Source of the DNA: a virus
Taxonomy: Duplodnaviria; Heunggongvirae; Uroviricota; Caudoviricetes
IMG/VR virus record: IMGVR_UViG_3300011339_000564
Coordinates: 14,318-78,317 of that record
DNA: 64,000 nucleotides
Reading direction: 5' to 3' (one strand)
Below are positions 26,937-35,612 of this stretch, in pieces. Below the pieces are notes generated by a model, which made no database searches, was not told where the DNA came from, and saw only the letters and a list, made by a program, of their open reading frames with translations. Within the stretch, counting starts at the first letter, position 1; the number at the start of each line of letters is the position of its first letter. The translations under genes were made by a program, and so were the position numbers.

Positions 26937-27146
26937 ATGCCATATAAAAGCCGTATTAAAACATTAGAAGAATCACATAGATTAGTAGAAAATCAACTTT
27001 TTCAATTAGAAAAATCAAATGGTGATCCTGAAAAAATTAAAAAGTTGAGAGAGGCTAAGGAAAAGTATTTCACTGAATTACGTGCAATGAATCGGGCTCA
27101 ATGGGATCATGACCATGAAACTGTAGATTTGAACGATGACCGATGA
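26937..27146 (+). CDS. Small coiled-coil protein (DUF465/YdcH-like, tentative)
   Basis: IKTLEESHRLVENQLFQLEK...IKKLREAKEKYFTELRAM. Confidence 0.4.
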   Translation: MPYKSRIKTLEESHRLVENQLFQLEKSNGDPEKIKKLREAKEKYFTELRAMNRAQWDHDHETVDLNDDR

Positions 27147-27711
27147 TATTAAATTAATTCCCAATATACTAAAACCAGAGGTAGAGTGGGATATTAATAA
27201 ACGAGTTATTGTTATTGATAACGCAATTAGCCCGGATATGTGTGATAGTATTATTAATTTTGCAACTGATAGAGTAGCAAAAGGAGTAAACAAATATCCA
27301 CATGTATTTGGTATTAGTTTTCATTCATGTCTACTTCAGTTAGAACATGAAGTTCATCAATTGTTGCAACCAATATGGCAACAATCAATTAATCAATTGG
27401 GATTTGATATTGATTTCGTTGAACCATATGAAGTTAAAAAGTATACTTCTAAAGATTTCTTTGGTAAACACGTAGATAATTACTACAGTTTGACCAAAGA
27501 CATAGACAGAAAGATAACAATGAGTGTACAATTGACTGACAAATCAGAATATACTGGTGGTGAGCTATTAGTGTTAGGTAGAGACATGGGTGCTAAGTCT
27601 AAAGGTAGCGTCACTGTGTTTCCTAGCATTTTTTCACATGAAGTAAAACCCATTACTTTTGGTACACGATGGTCATTAATAAGTTGGGCTTGGGGCCCTT
27701 ATTGGAAATAA
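27136..27711 (+). CDS. Fe(II)/2-oxoglutarate dioxygenase (prolyl 4-hydroxylase-like)
   Basis: GKHVDNY (HxD), FPSIFSHEV (distal His) and GTRWSLISW (Arg-x-Ser). Confidence 0.65.
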   Translation: MTDDIKLIPNILKPEVEWDINKRVIVIDNAISPDMCDSIINFATDRVAKGVNKYPHVFGISFHSCLLQLEHEVHQLLQPIWQQSINQLGFDIDFVEPYEVKKYTSKDFFGKHVDNYYSLTKDIDRKITMSVQLTDKSEYTGGELLVLGRDMGAKSKGSVTVFPSIFSHEVKPITFGTRWSLISWAWGPYWK

Positions 27712-27712
27712 C

Positions 27713-28165
27713 ATGGAACAACATATTCAAGCAGAAACAGAAAAACGAGTACGCATTAAGCATCATGCAAAGCGTATGATTTTCGTAACATTTCAAAAAG
27801 AGGGTATTCATATGTACCCGGCGGCGGCAACAGATCCAGCACTCGCAACGGGTGATGAATATGATGTTCGCTTTTTAGGAACTCCACATCGTCACATCTT
27901 TCACTTTAACGTGGCGATTGAAGTATTTCACAACGACAGGGATATTGAATTCATTCAATTTAAACGCTGGTTAGAGAATCTCTATAAAGGCGGTACACTT
28001 GAATTGAATTACAAGAGTTGTGAAATGATTAGTGATGACCTCTATGAAGTTATTGCTACTCGCTATCCCGATCGTAACATTGAGATTACCGTCAGTGAAG
28101 ATGGTGAGAACGGTGCTACGATTTATTACAACACAATTAGACCTTATCTTTCAACCGCTATTTAA
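27713..28165 (+). CDS. Hypothetical protein (weak resemblance to the PTPS/QueD T-fold)
   Basis: GTPHRHIFHFNVAIEV...DIEFIQFKRWLENL...LELNYKSCE is loosely reminiscent of the HGH..v.v.v / Df..lk / LdH..LN pattern. Not decisive. Confidence 0.3.
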   Translation: MEQHIQAETEKRVRIKHHAKRMIFVTFQKEGIHMYPAAATDPALATGDEYDVRFLGTPHRHIFHFNVAIEVFHNDRDIEFIQFKRWLENLYKGGTLELNYKSCEMISDDLYEVIATRYPDRNIEITVSEDGENGATIYYNTIRPYLSTAI

Positions 28166-28177
28166 AGGATTATCAAA

Positions 28178-28384
28178 ATGGCAAAACCAACATTTCAAAC
28201 TAACCCACGTGTTCATCAAATATTTGAGGACTTGGAAAAGTATCTTGAATTCTGTCAAGAGTATGGATATAAGTATAATGAGGCAGACCTCTATGACCAA
28301 CGCAGTTATGTGTTTCGTCAGTTTGCAAAATGCATGACAGGTAAGCCTGCAAAAAATCAATGGACAGAACACTCACGTCCATGA
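28178..28384 (+). CDS. Hypothetical protein
   Basis: 68-aa ORF with ATGA overlap to the next gene. Confidence 0.5.
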   Translation: MAKPTFQTNPRVHQIFEDLEKYLEFCQEYGYKYNEADLYDQRSYVFRQFAKCMTGKPAKNQWTEHSRP

Positions 28385-29133
28385 AGATAGTATTAGTAAC
28401 TGGTGGATTTGATCCATTACACAGCGGTCATATTGAATATTTCAAAGCCGCAAAACAACTCGGTGTCAAGTTAGTTGTCGGGGTAAACAGTGATGCATGG
28501 TTGGCTCGTAAAAAGGGCCAACCTTTTATGCCTAGCATTGAGCGTATGTCAATAATTGAAAATTTAAAAATGGTAGATCATTGTGTTATCTTTAATGATG
28601 ATGATGGTTCTAGTATTGAAGCTATCAATAATGTAAAGATGATGTATCCTGATTCTGAAATCATCTTTGCTAATGGAGGGGATAGAACATCAGCCAACAT
28701 TCCAGAAATGATCTTTGATGATGTAGAATTTGTTTTTGGTGTAGGTGGCGAGAATAAAATGAACAGTAGTTCATGGATACTACGTGAATGGAAACAACCT
28801 AAAACATTGCGGCAATGGGGTTATTATCGTATACTACATGATGTGCCCGGGACTAAAGTAAAAGAACTAACAGTAGAATCTGGAAAGAGTTTGAGTTTAC
28901 AACGACACAAACATAGAGCAGAATACTGGCATGTATCAGAGGGAAGATGTGCAGTAGAACAAAGAATGCCTAATGGCTATCAACTACCTACTCTAGAATT
29001 AGATACACTAAGTCAAATAGTTATTCCTATGAATGATTGGCATAGGCTATACAATCCGTTTGATGTCCCATGTAGAATTATTGAAGTTCAATATGGTACT
29101 ATGTGCGAAGAAGAAGATATAGAACGCAAATGA
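28381..29133 (+). CDS. Bifunctional-looking HxGH nucleotidyl(cytidylyl/adenylyl)transferase with a C-terminal cupin (type II mannose-6-P isomerase-like)
   Basis: Start at the ATG at 28381 (ATGA overlap). VTGGFDPLHSGHIEYF. C-terminal WGYYRIL...VKELTVESGKSLSLQRHKHRAEYWHVSEG. Confidence 0.7.
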   Translation: MKIVLVTGGFDPLHSGHIEYFKAAKQLGVKLVVGVNSDAWLARKKGQPFMPSIERMSIIENLKMVDHCVIFNDDDGSSIEAINNVKMMYPDSEIIFANGGDRTSANIPEMIFDDVEFVFGVGGENKMNSSSWILREWKQPKTLRQWGYYRILHDVPGTKVKELTVESGKSLSLQRHKHRAEYWHVSEGRCAVEQRMPNGYQLPTLELDTLSQIVIPMNDWHRLYNPFDVPCRIIEVQYGTMCEEEDIERK

Positions 29134-29858
29134 ATCGTGCTATCTGTGCCCCGTGCGGTGGTTTAATGAATCATGTCAGATGGTTAACATTAATGTCATC
29201 TGAATTTAAACTTCCTTTTAAAGGTAAGTTAGAATTTATGAAGGGTGTTTACGCTACCAACAGATCGCCATTTGTATGGTTAAAAAATGAATATTTTTAT
29301 AGGGAACGACCTTTTATAAAGGATTTGGTATTTGGAACTCATCACATTGAAGACTGCCTAACATTAGAAAGTCCTAGAAAAATTTTAATATTGGTTCCTT
29401 CCCCTGAATTAAGTTTCACCCATTATTTAAAGTTTAATCCATCATTGAATGGATTATTAAAACTACGAATCAATCAGCCCTACCTTACAGTAGAAGATAT
29501 AAAAAATCTGTATTTGCTTGGCATTTCGGATCACAATTACCGTAATAAGTTGCATGATACCTCAACTAATGATATAATTACTTCAAATATTGATAAATTA
29601 TATACTAATAGAGAATTAGATGTGGACACGTATCGTACTATAACTGATTTTTTTGAGATATCAAATGAATACAACTTAGCAAATGAAGTTCACAATATGT
29701 GGTTTGATTTACAAGAACATGGTAAAAAATTAATGCTAACACTCTCAGAAAACGCAAAAGATGTAGAGAATTATTGGAGATTGAATCATATTGAAGCAAT
29801 CAACCAATCTGATTATAATATTGCACTTAAACTTATTAAAGAGACATACGGAGAATAA
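29130..29858 (+). CDS. Hypothetical protein
   Basis: Start at the ATG at 29130 (ATGA overlap). 242 aa with no motif recognised. Confidence 0.5.
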   Translation: MNRAICAPCGGLMNHVRWLTLMSSEFKLPFKGKLEFMKGVYATNRSPFVWLKNEYFYRERPFIKDLVFGTHHIEDCLTLESPRKILILVPSPELSFTHYLKFNPSLNGLLKLRINQPYLTVEDIKNLYLLGISDHNYRNKLHDTSTNDIITSNIDKLYTNRELDVDTYRTITDFFEISNEYNLANEVHNMWFDLQEHGKKLMLTLSENAKDVENYWRLNHIEAINQSDYNIALKLIKETYGE

Positions 29859-31058
29859 ATGAAAACATTATATTATATGGGACTAGAACCCTACAAAGCA
29901 CGTTACACTCTACAGTTACAAGAGTGGAATGAACGGGTCTTTAAACAACGTGGTATTAACTATGTCATTGTACCCGGTGAAACACTAACTAATGACCAAG
30001 CTATTGTAACTGGTCAAGTACTAGATGCACATGGTCGTACATACTTTGGTATGAGTCAACTTATGAATCTAGTTAAGATGATGAAGCAAGGTGAAGTAGG
30101 TGCAGGTGATATCGTATACTTTGAAGATATGTTTCAGCCGGGCATTGAGTCATTGCCATACATTATGAAACAGATTCCGATCACAAGTCGTCCTAAGATT
30201 TTTGTTCGCTGTTTAGCACAAAGTATTGACCCAGATGACTTTGTTCATGTCTGGGGTATGAGTGAATTCATGGGTCACTATGAGAAGATGGTTGATTCGT
30301 TTGTTGATGGTGTGCTTGCTAGTAACGAAGAAATGGTAATGCACATGAAGATTGCGGGTTGGAAAGCTCCTATCTATAATATATCAGGTCTAGCATTTGG
30401 TAAAGATGAAGTTCGTAGTCGTATTAATAATAATATTAAACCCTTTGATGAACGTAAAATGCGTATTGCTTTTAGTGCAAGATGGGACCAAGAGAAACAA
30501 CCTGACTTCTACATGGATGTGATTGAAGAATTCTTTAATCGGTATGGTGAGAAGGATCGTCACGGTATATATCGTGGTGTAGAATTTTGTGTATTCAGTG
30601 GTAGCAAATTAAAAAGCAATAACGATAGTTATATGAAACGCACACACGACTTTCAAGGTCGTGGATTGTTGACAGTTTATGAAGACTTGGACAAGAATGC
30701 ATATTATGAATTATTAAATGATACCAGAGTATTGTTTAATTGTGCATTACAAGATTGGGTAAGTAATACAGTTAGTGAAGCAGATAGTTTGGGTTGTAAT
30801 GTGTTGTATCCAGCATATCGCAGTTTTCCAGAAACGTTTGCAAACGACTATACAAGAATGTATGCGCCCTGGTCAGTTGAAGATGCGGCAATAAAGTTGT
30901 ATAATATGTTACATCAGCCACATATAAATCAAGGAAAGATTAGTGATTGGACTGATGGTACTATTGATAGAATCTGTGATATCTTAGAAGGTAAGGGACA
31001 ACAATGGTTGCGTATGGACAAAGATTATCGCAAACATACTAGAGAAAATAAATACTAA
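29859..31058 (+). CDS. Putative GT-B fold glycosyltransferase (tentative)
   Basis: 399 aa. C-terminal half RIAFSARWDQEKQPDFYMDV...SEADSLGCNVLYP is GT-B-like. Length and the N-terminal pattern (MKTLYYMGLE...) recall T4 alpha-glucosyltransferase, but this is unverified. Confidence 0.35.
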   Translation: MKTLYYMGLEPYKARYTLQLQEWNERVFKQRGINYVIVPGETLTNDQAIVTGQVLDAHGRTYFGMSQLMNLVKMMKQGEVGAGDIVYFEDMFQPGIESLPYIMKQIPITSRPKIFVRCLAQSIDPDDFVHVWGMSEFMGHYEKMVDSFVDGVLASNEEMVMHMKIAGWKAPIYNISGLAFGKDEVRSRINNNIKPFDERKMRIAFSARWDQEKQPDFYMDVIEEFFNRYGEKDRHGIYRGVEFCVFSGSKLKSNNDSYMKRTHDFQGRGLLTVYEDLDKNAYYELLNDTRVLFNCALQDWVSNTVSEADSLGCNVLYPAYRSFPETFANDYTRMYAPWSVEDAAIKLYNMLHQPHINQGKISDWTDGTIDRICDILEGKGQQWLRMDKDYRKHTRENKY

Positions 31059-31070
31059 AAGGAGAAAATT

Positions 31071-31760
31071 ATGTTTGAAACAACTTATACAGATAATGTA
31101 AATTACCGTTCTGCTAGCGAAATTAACTCAGCAATGGGCCGTGTTTATGGTCACATGAGTCTAGCTGTCATTGTATCAATGTTAGTTAGCTATTTTGTAG
31201 GCTCTAGTCCAGAGTTACTACAATTCTTTTTTACAGGTGTATTGAAATGGATTGTGATCTTTGCCCCATTAGCGGCAATATTTGGTGTTGCTATGGTCCT
31301 AGGTAACAACCCTAGTAAGGGCGTAGCACAACTATGTTTACATGGATTTGCCGCACTAATGGGATTAAGTTTTGCTACAATCTTTGCTGTATTCAACATG
31401 GGTAGTATTGTAAGCTCATTTATGGGAGCAGCCATATTGTTTGGCGTTATGAGTGGCTATGGTTATTTTACTAAACAAAGTTTAGACAGTCTTGGCAAGT
31501 TTATGTTTGTTGGATTGATTGCAATAGTTATTGCCAGCATTGTCAATATCTTTATCGGCAGTACCGTAATGCAAATGGTTATCAGTGCGTTGGCTATCAT
31601 TATCTTTTTAGGATTGACTGCTTACGACACACAAAAGATTCGTGAAGAATTAAGTCTAGAAACCAGTGATAGTGCAGAAGTACGCGGTGCATTAACATTG
31701 TACATGGACTTCATTAATTTGTTTATTAACCTCTTACAACTATTTGGTGATAGGAAATAA
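31071..31760 (+). CDS. BAX inhibitor-1/YccA family membrane protein
   Basis: MGRVYGHMSLAVIVSML N-terminal pattern, about 7 hydrophobic helices, and C-terminal LTLYMDFINLFINLLQLFG. Confidence 0.8.
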   Translation: MFETTYTDNVNYRSASEINSAMGRVYGHMSLAVIVSMLVSYFVGSSPELLQFFFTGVLKWIVIFAPLAAIFGVAMVLGNNPSKGVAQLCLHGFAALMGLSFATIFAVFNMGSIVSSFMGAAILFGVMSGYGYFTKQSLDSLGKFMFVGLIAIVIASIVNIFIGSTVMQMVISALAIIIFLGLTAYDTQKIREELSLETSDSAEVRGALTLYMDFINLFINLLQLFGDRK

Positions 31761-31762
31761 TC

Positions 31763-32179
31763 ATGGCAACATGGATATTAAAAACACTGCACAAAAAGAG
31801 TGCATATGAAAGACAGCATTGGTACAAAGATGGTAAAGAAATCATCCGTGAAGAAGGTTACCGTTGGGGCACATTTTACTGTGAAAGTGATGAGAAACCT
31901 GATATTGACCTAACTAATGATGATGGTTATGAAATTGGTCAAGATGAGTATGAGTGGGAGCTTGATAGCCTCGATGACGGTTGTTGGGCTGATTGGGAAT
32001 TCCCCGATGACATGAGTGAAGAAGAACAAGAAGAAATTCAAAATGCTTGGGATGAAAATTATTTTGAAGGCATGGAAGAATTAGGTTGGAGTTGCGATGA
32101 TACAGATTATATCTTGCAAGGTCCGTTAGAATTATCAGATGAAGATGGTAATGTAGTAGGTTCTGGTGATACAGAATAA
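31763..32179 (+). CDS. Highly acidic hypothetical protein (paralog of 32575-33060)
   Basis: Shared blocks with the paralog: L.KKS, YRWG, DWEF.DD..E.EQ.EI, and a Trp/Asp-rich C-terminus. Confidence 0.6.
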   Translation: MATWILKTLHKKSAYERQHWYKDGKEIIREEGYRWGTFYCESDEKPDIDLTNDDGYEIGQDEYEWELDSLDDGCWADWEFPDDMSEEEQEEIQNAWDENYFEGMEELGWSCDDTDYILQGPLELSDEDGNVVGSGDTE

Positions 32180-32202
32180 GTTCATTTCAAATAGGAGAAA
32201 AC

Positions 32203-32397
32203 ATGAGCGCACAAAATGATATCGAAACAAGTTTGGCAGCATACAACGCTGAAAACGATAAGTTTAACAAAGGAAATGCAGCCGCAGGTACACGTGCCCG
32301 CAAAGCATTAGCAGAACTAGCTAAAGCAGTTAAGGCTCGCCGTAACGAAATTACAGCAGAAAAAGCCGCACGTGCTGAAGCAAAGGTAAAGGCTTAA
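32203..32397 (+). CDS. Hc1-like histone H1-type DNA-binding protein
   Basis: KGNAAAGTRARKALAELAKAVKARRNEI parallels the chlamydial Hc1 N-terminal domain (KGNKAAAQRVRTESIKLEKIAKVYRKES). Basic Ala/Lys tail. Confidence 0.55.
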   Translation: MSAQNDIETSLAAYNAENDKFNKGNAAAGTRARKALAELAKAVKARRNEITAEKAARAEAKVKA

Positions 32398-32398
32398 T

Positions 32399-32572
32399 AT
32401 GACCTGCAGAGGCTATGATAGCAGGGCAATTAAATTGCCAAAAGAGATAAAATGCAGAGCGGCAACTATTTTAGATAATCATCAGCGAGGTGAATTTATA
32501 CGTAGTTGGGTAGCAATATATAAAGAGGCCGCACATTCAAGGGGCTCCAATAAAAAACATTCTAAGGATTAA
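32399..32572 (+). CDS. Small hypothetical protein (57 aa, below the track cutoff)
   Basis: The ATG at 32399 is 1 nt after the upstream stop. Translation MTCRGYDSRAIKLPKEIKCRAATILDNHQRGEF... The stop lies 2 nt before the next ATG. Confidence 0.4.
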   Translation: MTCRGYDSRAIKLPKEIKCRAATILDNHQRGEFIRSWVAIYKEAAHSRGSNKKHSKD

Positions 32573-32574
32573 TA

Positions 32575-33060
32575 ATGGCTAATGTCTACTGTATTAAACC
32601 ACTAGAGAAGAAAAGTATTAGCTGGCGGGTAGAAATGTACCGTGAGAATAGTGACGGATCTTTCAGTTGGTTTAATATGGAAGAATTATATCGTTGGGGT
32701 CAGGGTTTTATTGAAGAAGACCTTGATTGCAACCTGCCTTGGAAAGGTTCTAACTCTGCACATTGCAAAACAGATGCAGGTTGGGGATGTGAGTTTGAAG
32801 ATTCTATCAGTATTGACTGGGAATTTTCAGACGATATCACAGAATTGGAACAACAAGAAATTAAAGAATCATACTATGATGGTGGCGCGGCTTGGTTGTT
32901 TGACGGTGAACATGATTGGCAAACTGAAGATGATTATGTCATAGTCTTGGCGCCCTTTAGTGTTGACTATGCTAGTGACAACGGTGATATAATCACTGAG
33001 AACGTAGAATTAAAAGAACGTCCACCATTAGACCCAAATGCGGCATGGCCTTTTTCTTAA
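32575..33060 (+). CDS. Highly acidic hypothetical protein (paralog of 31763-32179)
   Basis: See 31763-32179. ISIDWEFSDDITELEQQEIKESYYDGG. Confidence 0.6.
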   Translation: MANVYCIKPLEKKSISWRVEMYRENSDGSFSWFNMEELYRWGQGFIEEDLDCNLPWKGSNSAHCKTDAGWGCEFEDSISIDWEFSDDITELEQQEIKESYYDGGAAWLFDGEHDWQTEDDYVIVLAPFSVDYASDNGDIITENVELKERPPLDPNAAWPFS

Positions 33061-33144
33061 ACAAACACACACTAAGATAAATAAAGATGTAACACAAAGG
33101 TTACAAAATTTCAAAACAAAAACCATCACAAAGGAAGGTTATCT

Positions 33145-33825
33145 ATGAGTTATAATAAAACAAAAACAGATCCAGAGTTGGGTCAACGAGTACACGAACA
33201 TCTAGTTAAGATGGGTGTTGAAACTCCCACTAATCCAAACAACTATGACCGTAAAGAAAAGATAGATCATATTGAAGCGCATTTTACACACATTATGCGT
33301 ATCTTGGGTCTTGACTTAACAGACGATAGTTTGATTGAAACCCCTAAGCGTGTTGCCAAGATGTATGTCAACGAAATCTTTTGGGGACTTGACTATGACG
33401 CATTCCCTAAATGTACAACAGTTGACAACAAGATGCAATACAACGAAATGGTTGTAGAGCGTAATGTTAACGTTCAATCTAACTGCGAACATCATTTTGT
33501 AGTCATCGATGGACTAGCTACTGTAGCTTATGTCCCTAAACAAAAAGTTCTAGGGCTTAGTAAGATAAACCGTATCGTAGAATATTTTAGCAAAAGGCCT
33601 CAAATCCAAGAGAGGTTAACAGAGCAAATTTTTCACACCTTACAGTTCATCCTTGAAACAGAAGATGTTGCAGTTATGATTGATGCACAACACTATTGTG
33701 TAAAATCACGTGGTGTAGAAGATACGGGATCTAGTACTGTTACTTGTCGTTTAGGTGGCGGTTTCAAATCAGATCCTGCGGCAAGACAAGAGTTTTTACA
33801 GATTGCTAACAAAGGTTGCAAATGA
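33145..33825 (+). CDS. folE: GTP cyclohydrolase I (FolE type 1)
   Basis: SNCEHHFVVIDG and RPQIQERLTEQI match the FolE active-site motifs. 226 aa. Confidence 0.9.
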   Translation: MSYNKTKTDPELGQRVHEHLVKMGVETPTNPNNYDRKEKIDHIEAHFTHIMRILGLDLTDDSLIETPKRVAKMYVNEIFWGLDYDAFPKCTTVDNKMQYNEMVVERNVNVQSNCEHHFVVIDGLATVAYVPKQKVLGLSKINRIVEYFSKRPQIQERLTEQIFHTLQFILETEDVAVMIDAQHYCVKSRGVEDTGSSTVTCRLGGGFKSDPAARQEFLQIANKGCK

Positions 33826-33953
33826 TTATTACAATATTAGTTACAATAGCAGTAATAATAGCTATTGTTATAATGATTGCTACGATGCCAAATGCTAGTA
33901 GATGTAACGGAGACTGCAATCAAGGTCGTAACTGTACTTGTAGGGAGCAATAA
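33822..33953 (+). CDS. Small membrane peptide with a Cys-rich tail (43 aa)
   Basis: ATGA overlap with the folE stop. Translation MIITILVTIAVIIAIVIMIATMPNASRCNGDCNQGRNCTCREQ. Confidence 0.4.
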   Translation: MIITILVTIAVIIAIVIMIATMPNASRCNGDCNQGRNCTCREQ

Positions 33954-34171
33954 TGGCACTGATATATAAAGAAGTAGAAGTTGATATTGATCTGAGCGAT
34001 TTTGATACTGACGAATTAGTTGAAGAATTGGAAAACCGTGGCTCAGGTGTTATGGACTACGATGACGGCAAGGAAGTACTACAGTCGATTTACGAAAAAC
34101 GTAGACTTGGACAAGACTATCAGCAAGAACTAGACCAATTAATTTGGTTAGGATTAGGGAGAGTTGTATGA
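33953..34171 (+). CDS. Hypothetical acidic protein
   Basis: 72-aa ORF, translationally coupled. Confidence 0.5.
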   Translation: MALIYKEVEVDIDLSDFDTDELVEELENRGSGVMDYDDGKEVLQSIYEKRRLGQDYQQELDQLIWLGLGRVV

Positions 34172-34362
34172 TGAAATTTAAATTAGGTGACATGGTTAAA
34201 AAAGTGTCTGGTTCACAATGGCATGGAAAAGTAGTTGGTACATACTCAACTGAGTTAACGCCTGAAGGATATGCAGTTGAGAGTCATACAGAAAAAGGTT
34301 CTGTACAAATATACCCTGCAAAGGCTCTTGAGTTATGGGAGTTGAATAATGGGATTTCGTAA
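34168..34362 (+). CDS. dfrB: Type II (R67/DfrB-like) dihydrofolate reductase
   Basis: Start at the ATG at 34168 (ATGA overlap). [52 protein letters not shown] aligns along its length with R67 DHFR ([52 protein letters not shown]), including the VQIY pore motif. Confidence 0.8.
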   Translation: MMKFKLGDMVKKVSGSQWHGKVVGTYSTELTPEGYAVESHTEKGSVQIYPAKALELWELNNGIS

Positions 34363-34585
34363 ACAAATGGACTACAATGCAGTACATCATCAAATCTATA
34401 TGAGTGGTGTAGAATTACATAGTAATTACAATGATGGTTACAATCAGTTTGAAATCAAAAAAGATTTACATCGTATCAAGTGGTTGTTAGATGAGATTAT
34501 GGCTGACAGCCCTACATTTGCAGGGGAAGACGAATTCTTAAAAGAACATGAACAAACTAAGATGTGGAGAACTCTTTCAAAATGA
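34349..34585 (+). CDS. Hypothetical protein
   Basis: 78-aa ORF, overlap-coupled on both sides. Confidence 0.5.
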   Translation: MGFRKQMDYNAVHHQIYMSGVELHSNYNDGYNQFEIKKDLHRIKWLLDEIMADSPTFAGEDEFLKEHEQTKMWRTLSK

Positions 34586-35055
34586 TTTTCAATCACATTA
34601 AAAAACTCAAACAAGATGGAAAGAAGATAGGTATTACTTTTAGTACATTCGACCTACTTCACGCAGGTCATATTGCTATGTTAAGTGAAGCAAAAAATCA
34701 TTGTGATTATCTTATTTGTGGATTACAAACTGACCCCACGATTGATCGACCTGAAACAAAGAATAAACCCATTCAAAGTATCGTAGAACGACAGATTCAA
34801 CTTGCGGCTTGCCGCTATGTCGATGAAGTTGTTGTTTATCAAACTGAACAGGACCTTATTGACTTGTTACTTATTCTACCACTAGATGTTCGCATTTTGG
34901 GTGTAGAGTATGCAGATAAAGACTTTACCGGAAGATATGAAGGTAGTGAGCGTGGCATTGAAATTGTATTCAATGGTCGTGACCACAGTTTCAGCAGTAG
35001 TAGTTTACGAAAACGGGTAGCTGATGCCCAGATTATTAACGTTCTTAATAAATAA
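34582..35055 (+). CDS. HxGH cytidylyltransferase-family protein (TagD/RfaE-domain II-like)
   Basis: Start at the ATG at 34582 (ATGA overlap). GITFSTFDLLHAGHIAMLSEAK...YVDEVVVY. Confidence 0.7.
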   Translation: MIFNHIKKLKQDGKKIGITFSTFDLLHAGHIAMLSEAKNHCDYLICGLQTDPTIDRPETKNKPIQSIVERQIQLAACRYVDEVVVYQTEQDLIDLLLILPLDVRILGVEYADKDFTGRYEGSERGIEIVFNGRDHSFSSSSLRKRVADAQIINVLNK

Positions 35056-35083
35056 CTATAGCGGTCTTTGGACATCATCCCGC

Positions 35084-35112
35084 TTTACAAATTCTGCTGC
35101 CTATGCTATAAT
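35084..35112 (+). promoter_or_regulatory. sigma70-type promoter TTTACA-17-TGcTATAAT
   Basis: TTTACA at 35084-35089 and TATAAT at 35107-35112 with an extended TG. AGGAG RBS before the ATG at 35130. Confidence 0.55.
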
Positions 35113-35129
35113 CAACATAGGAGAAATTC

Positions 35130-35612
35130 ATGGCAAACAAAAAATTCTTTTCAACAAAGACATACAGACAAATAGGTCCTGTCGCTTATCGTCAATGGCG
35201 TGCTGACAGTCATTGTAACTTAATTCATGGCTATGCTATGAGTTTTCACTTTGAGTTTGAGGCTGATACGTTAGACGCACGTAACTGGGTAACTGACTTC
35301 GGTGGATTACGACCTCTCAAAGATAAACTAGAAGAATGGTTTGACCATACATTACTAGTTGCACAAGATGACCCAATGCGTGAACATCTATTAGAACTAG
35401 GTCGTTTAAAGCTAGCTAAAATTACAGAAGTAGAACGTACTGGGTGTGAAGGTATTTCTGACTTTTTATATGAATACATTAACACAATTTTTTTGCCTAA
35501 CTGCGGTAGTGAAGAAGCTAAACGTGTATGGTGCTGTAGAGTAGAAGTCCGCGAGACTGATAGTAACATGGCAGGACGTAGTGGTCATAGGGAAGATAGA
35601 GAGTTTGAATAA
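35130..35612 (+). CDS. queD: 6-carboxy-5,6,7,8-tetrahydropterin synthase (QueD/PTPS family)
   Basis: HCNLIHGYAMSFHFEFE, DFGGLRPLKDKLEEWFDHTLL and the small T-fold size (160 aa). Confidence 0.7.
   Translation: MANKKFFSTKTYRQIGPVAYRQWRADSHCNLIHGYAMSFHFEFEADTLDARNWVTDFGGLRPLKDKLEEWFDHTLLVAQDDPMREHLLELGRLKLAKITEVERTGCEGISDFLYEYINTIFLPNCGSEEAKRVWCCRVEVRETDSNMAGRSGHREDREFE

Noticed and set aside
33086-33106. The hairpin TGTAAC-ACAAAG-GTTACA after 32575-33060, and the AT-rich hairpin at 4639-4662, considered as terminators.
   Set aside because: The stems are short (6-7 bp) and AT-rich, and neither is followed by a T-run. The 4639-4662 stem also overlaps the RBS of the next gene. Neither is convincing as an intrinsic terminator.
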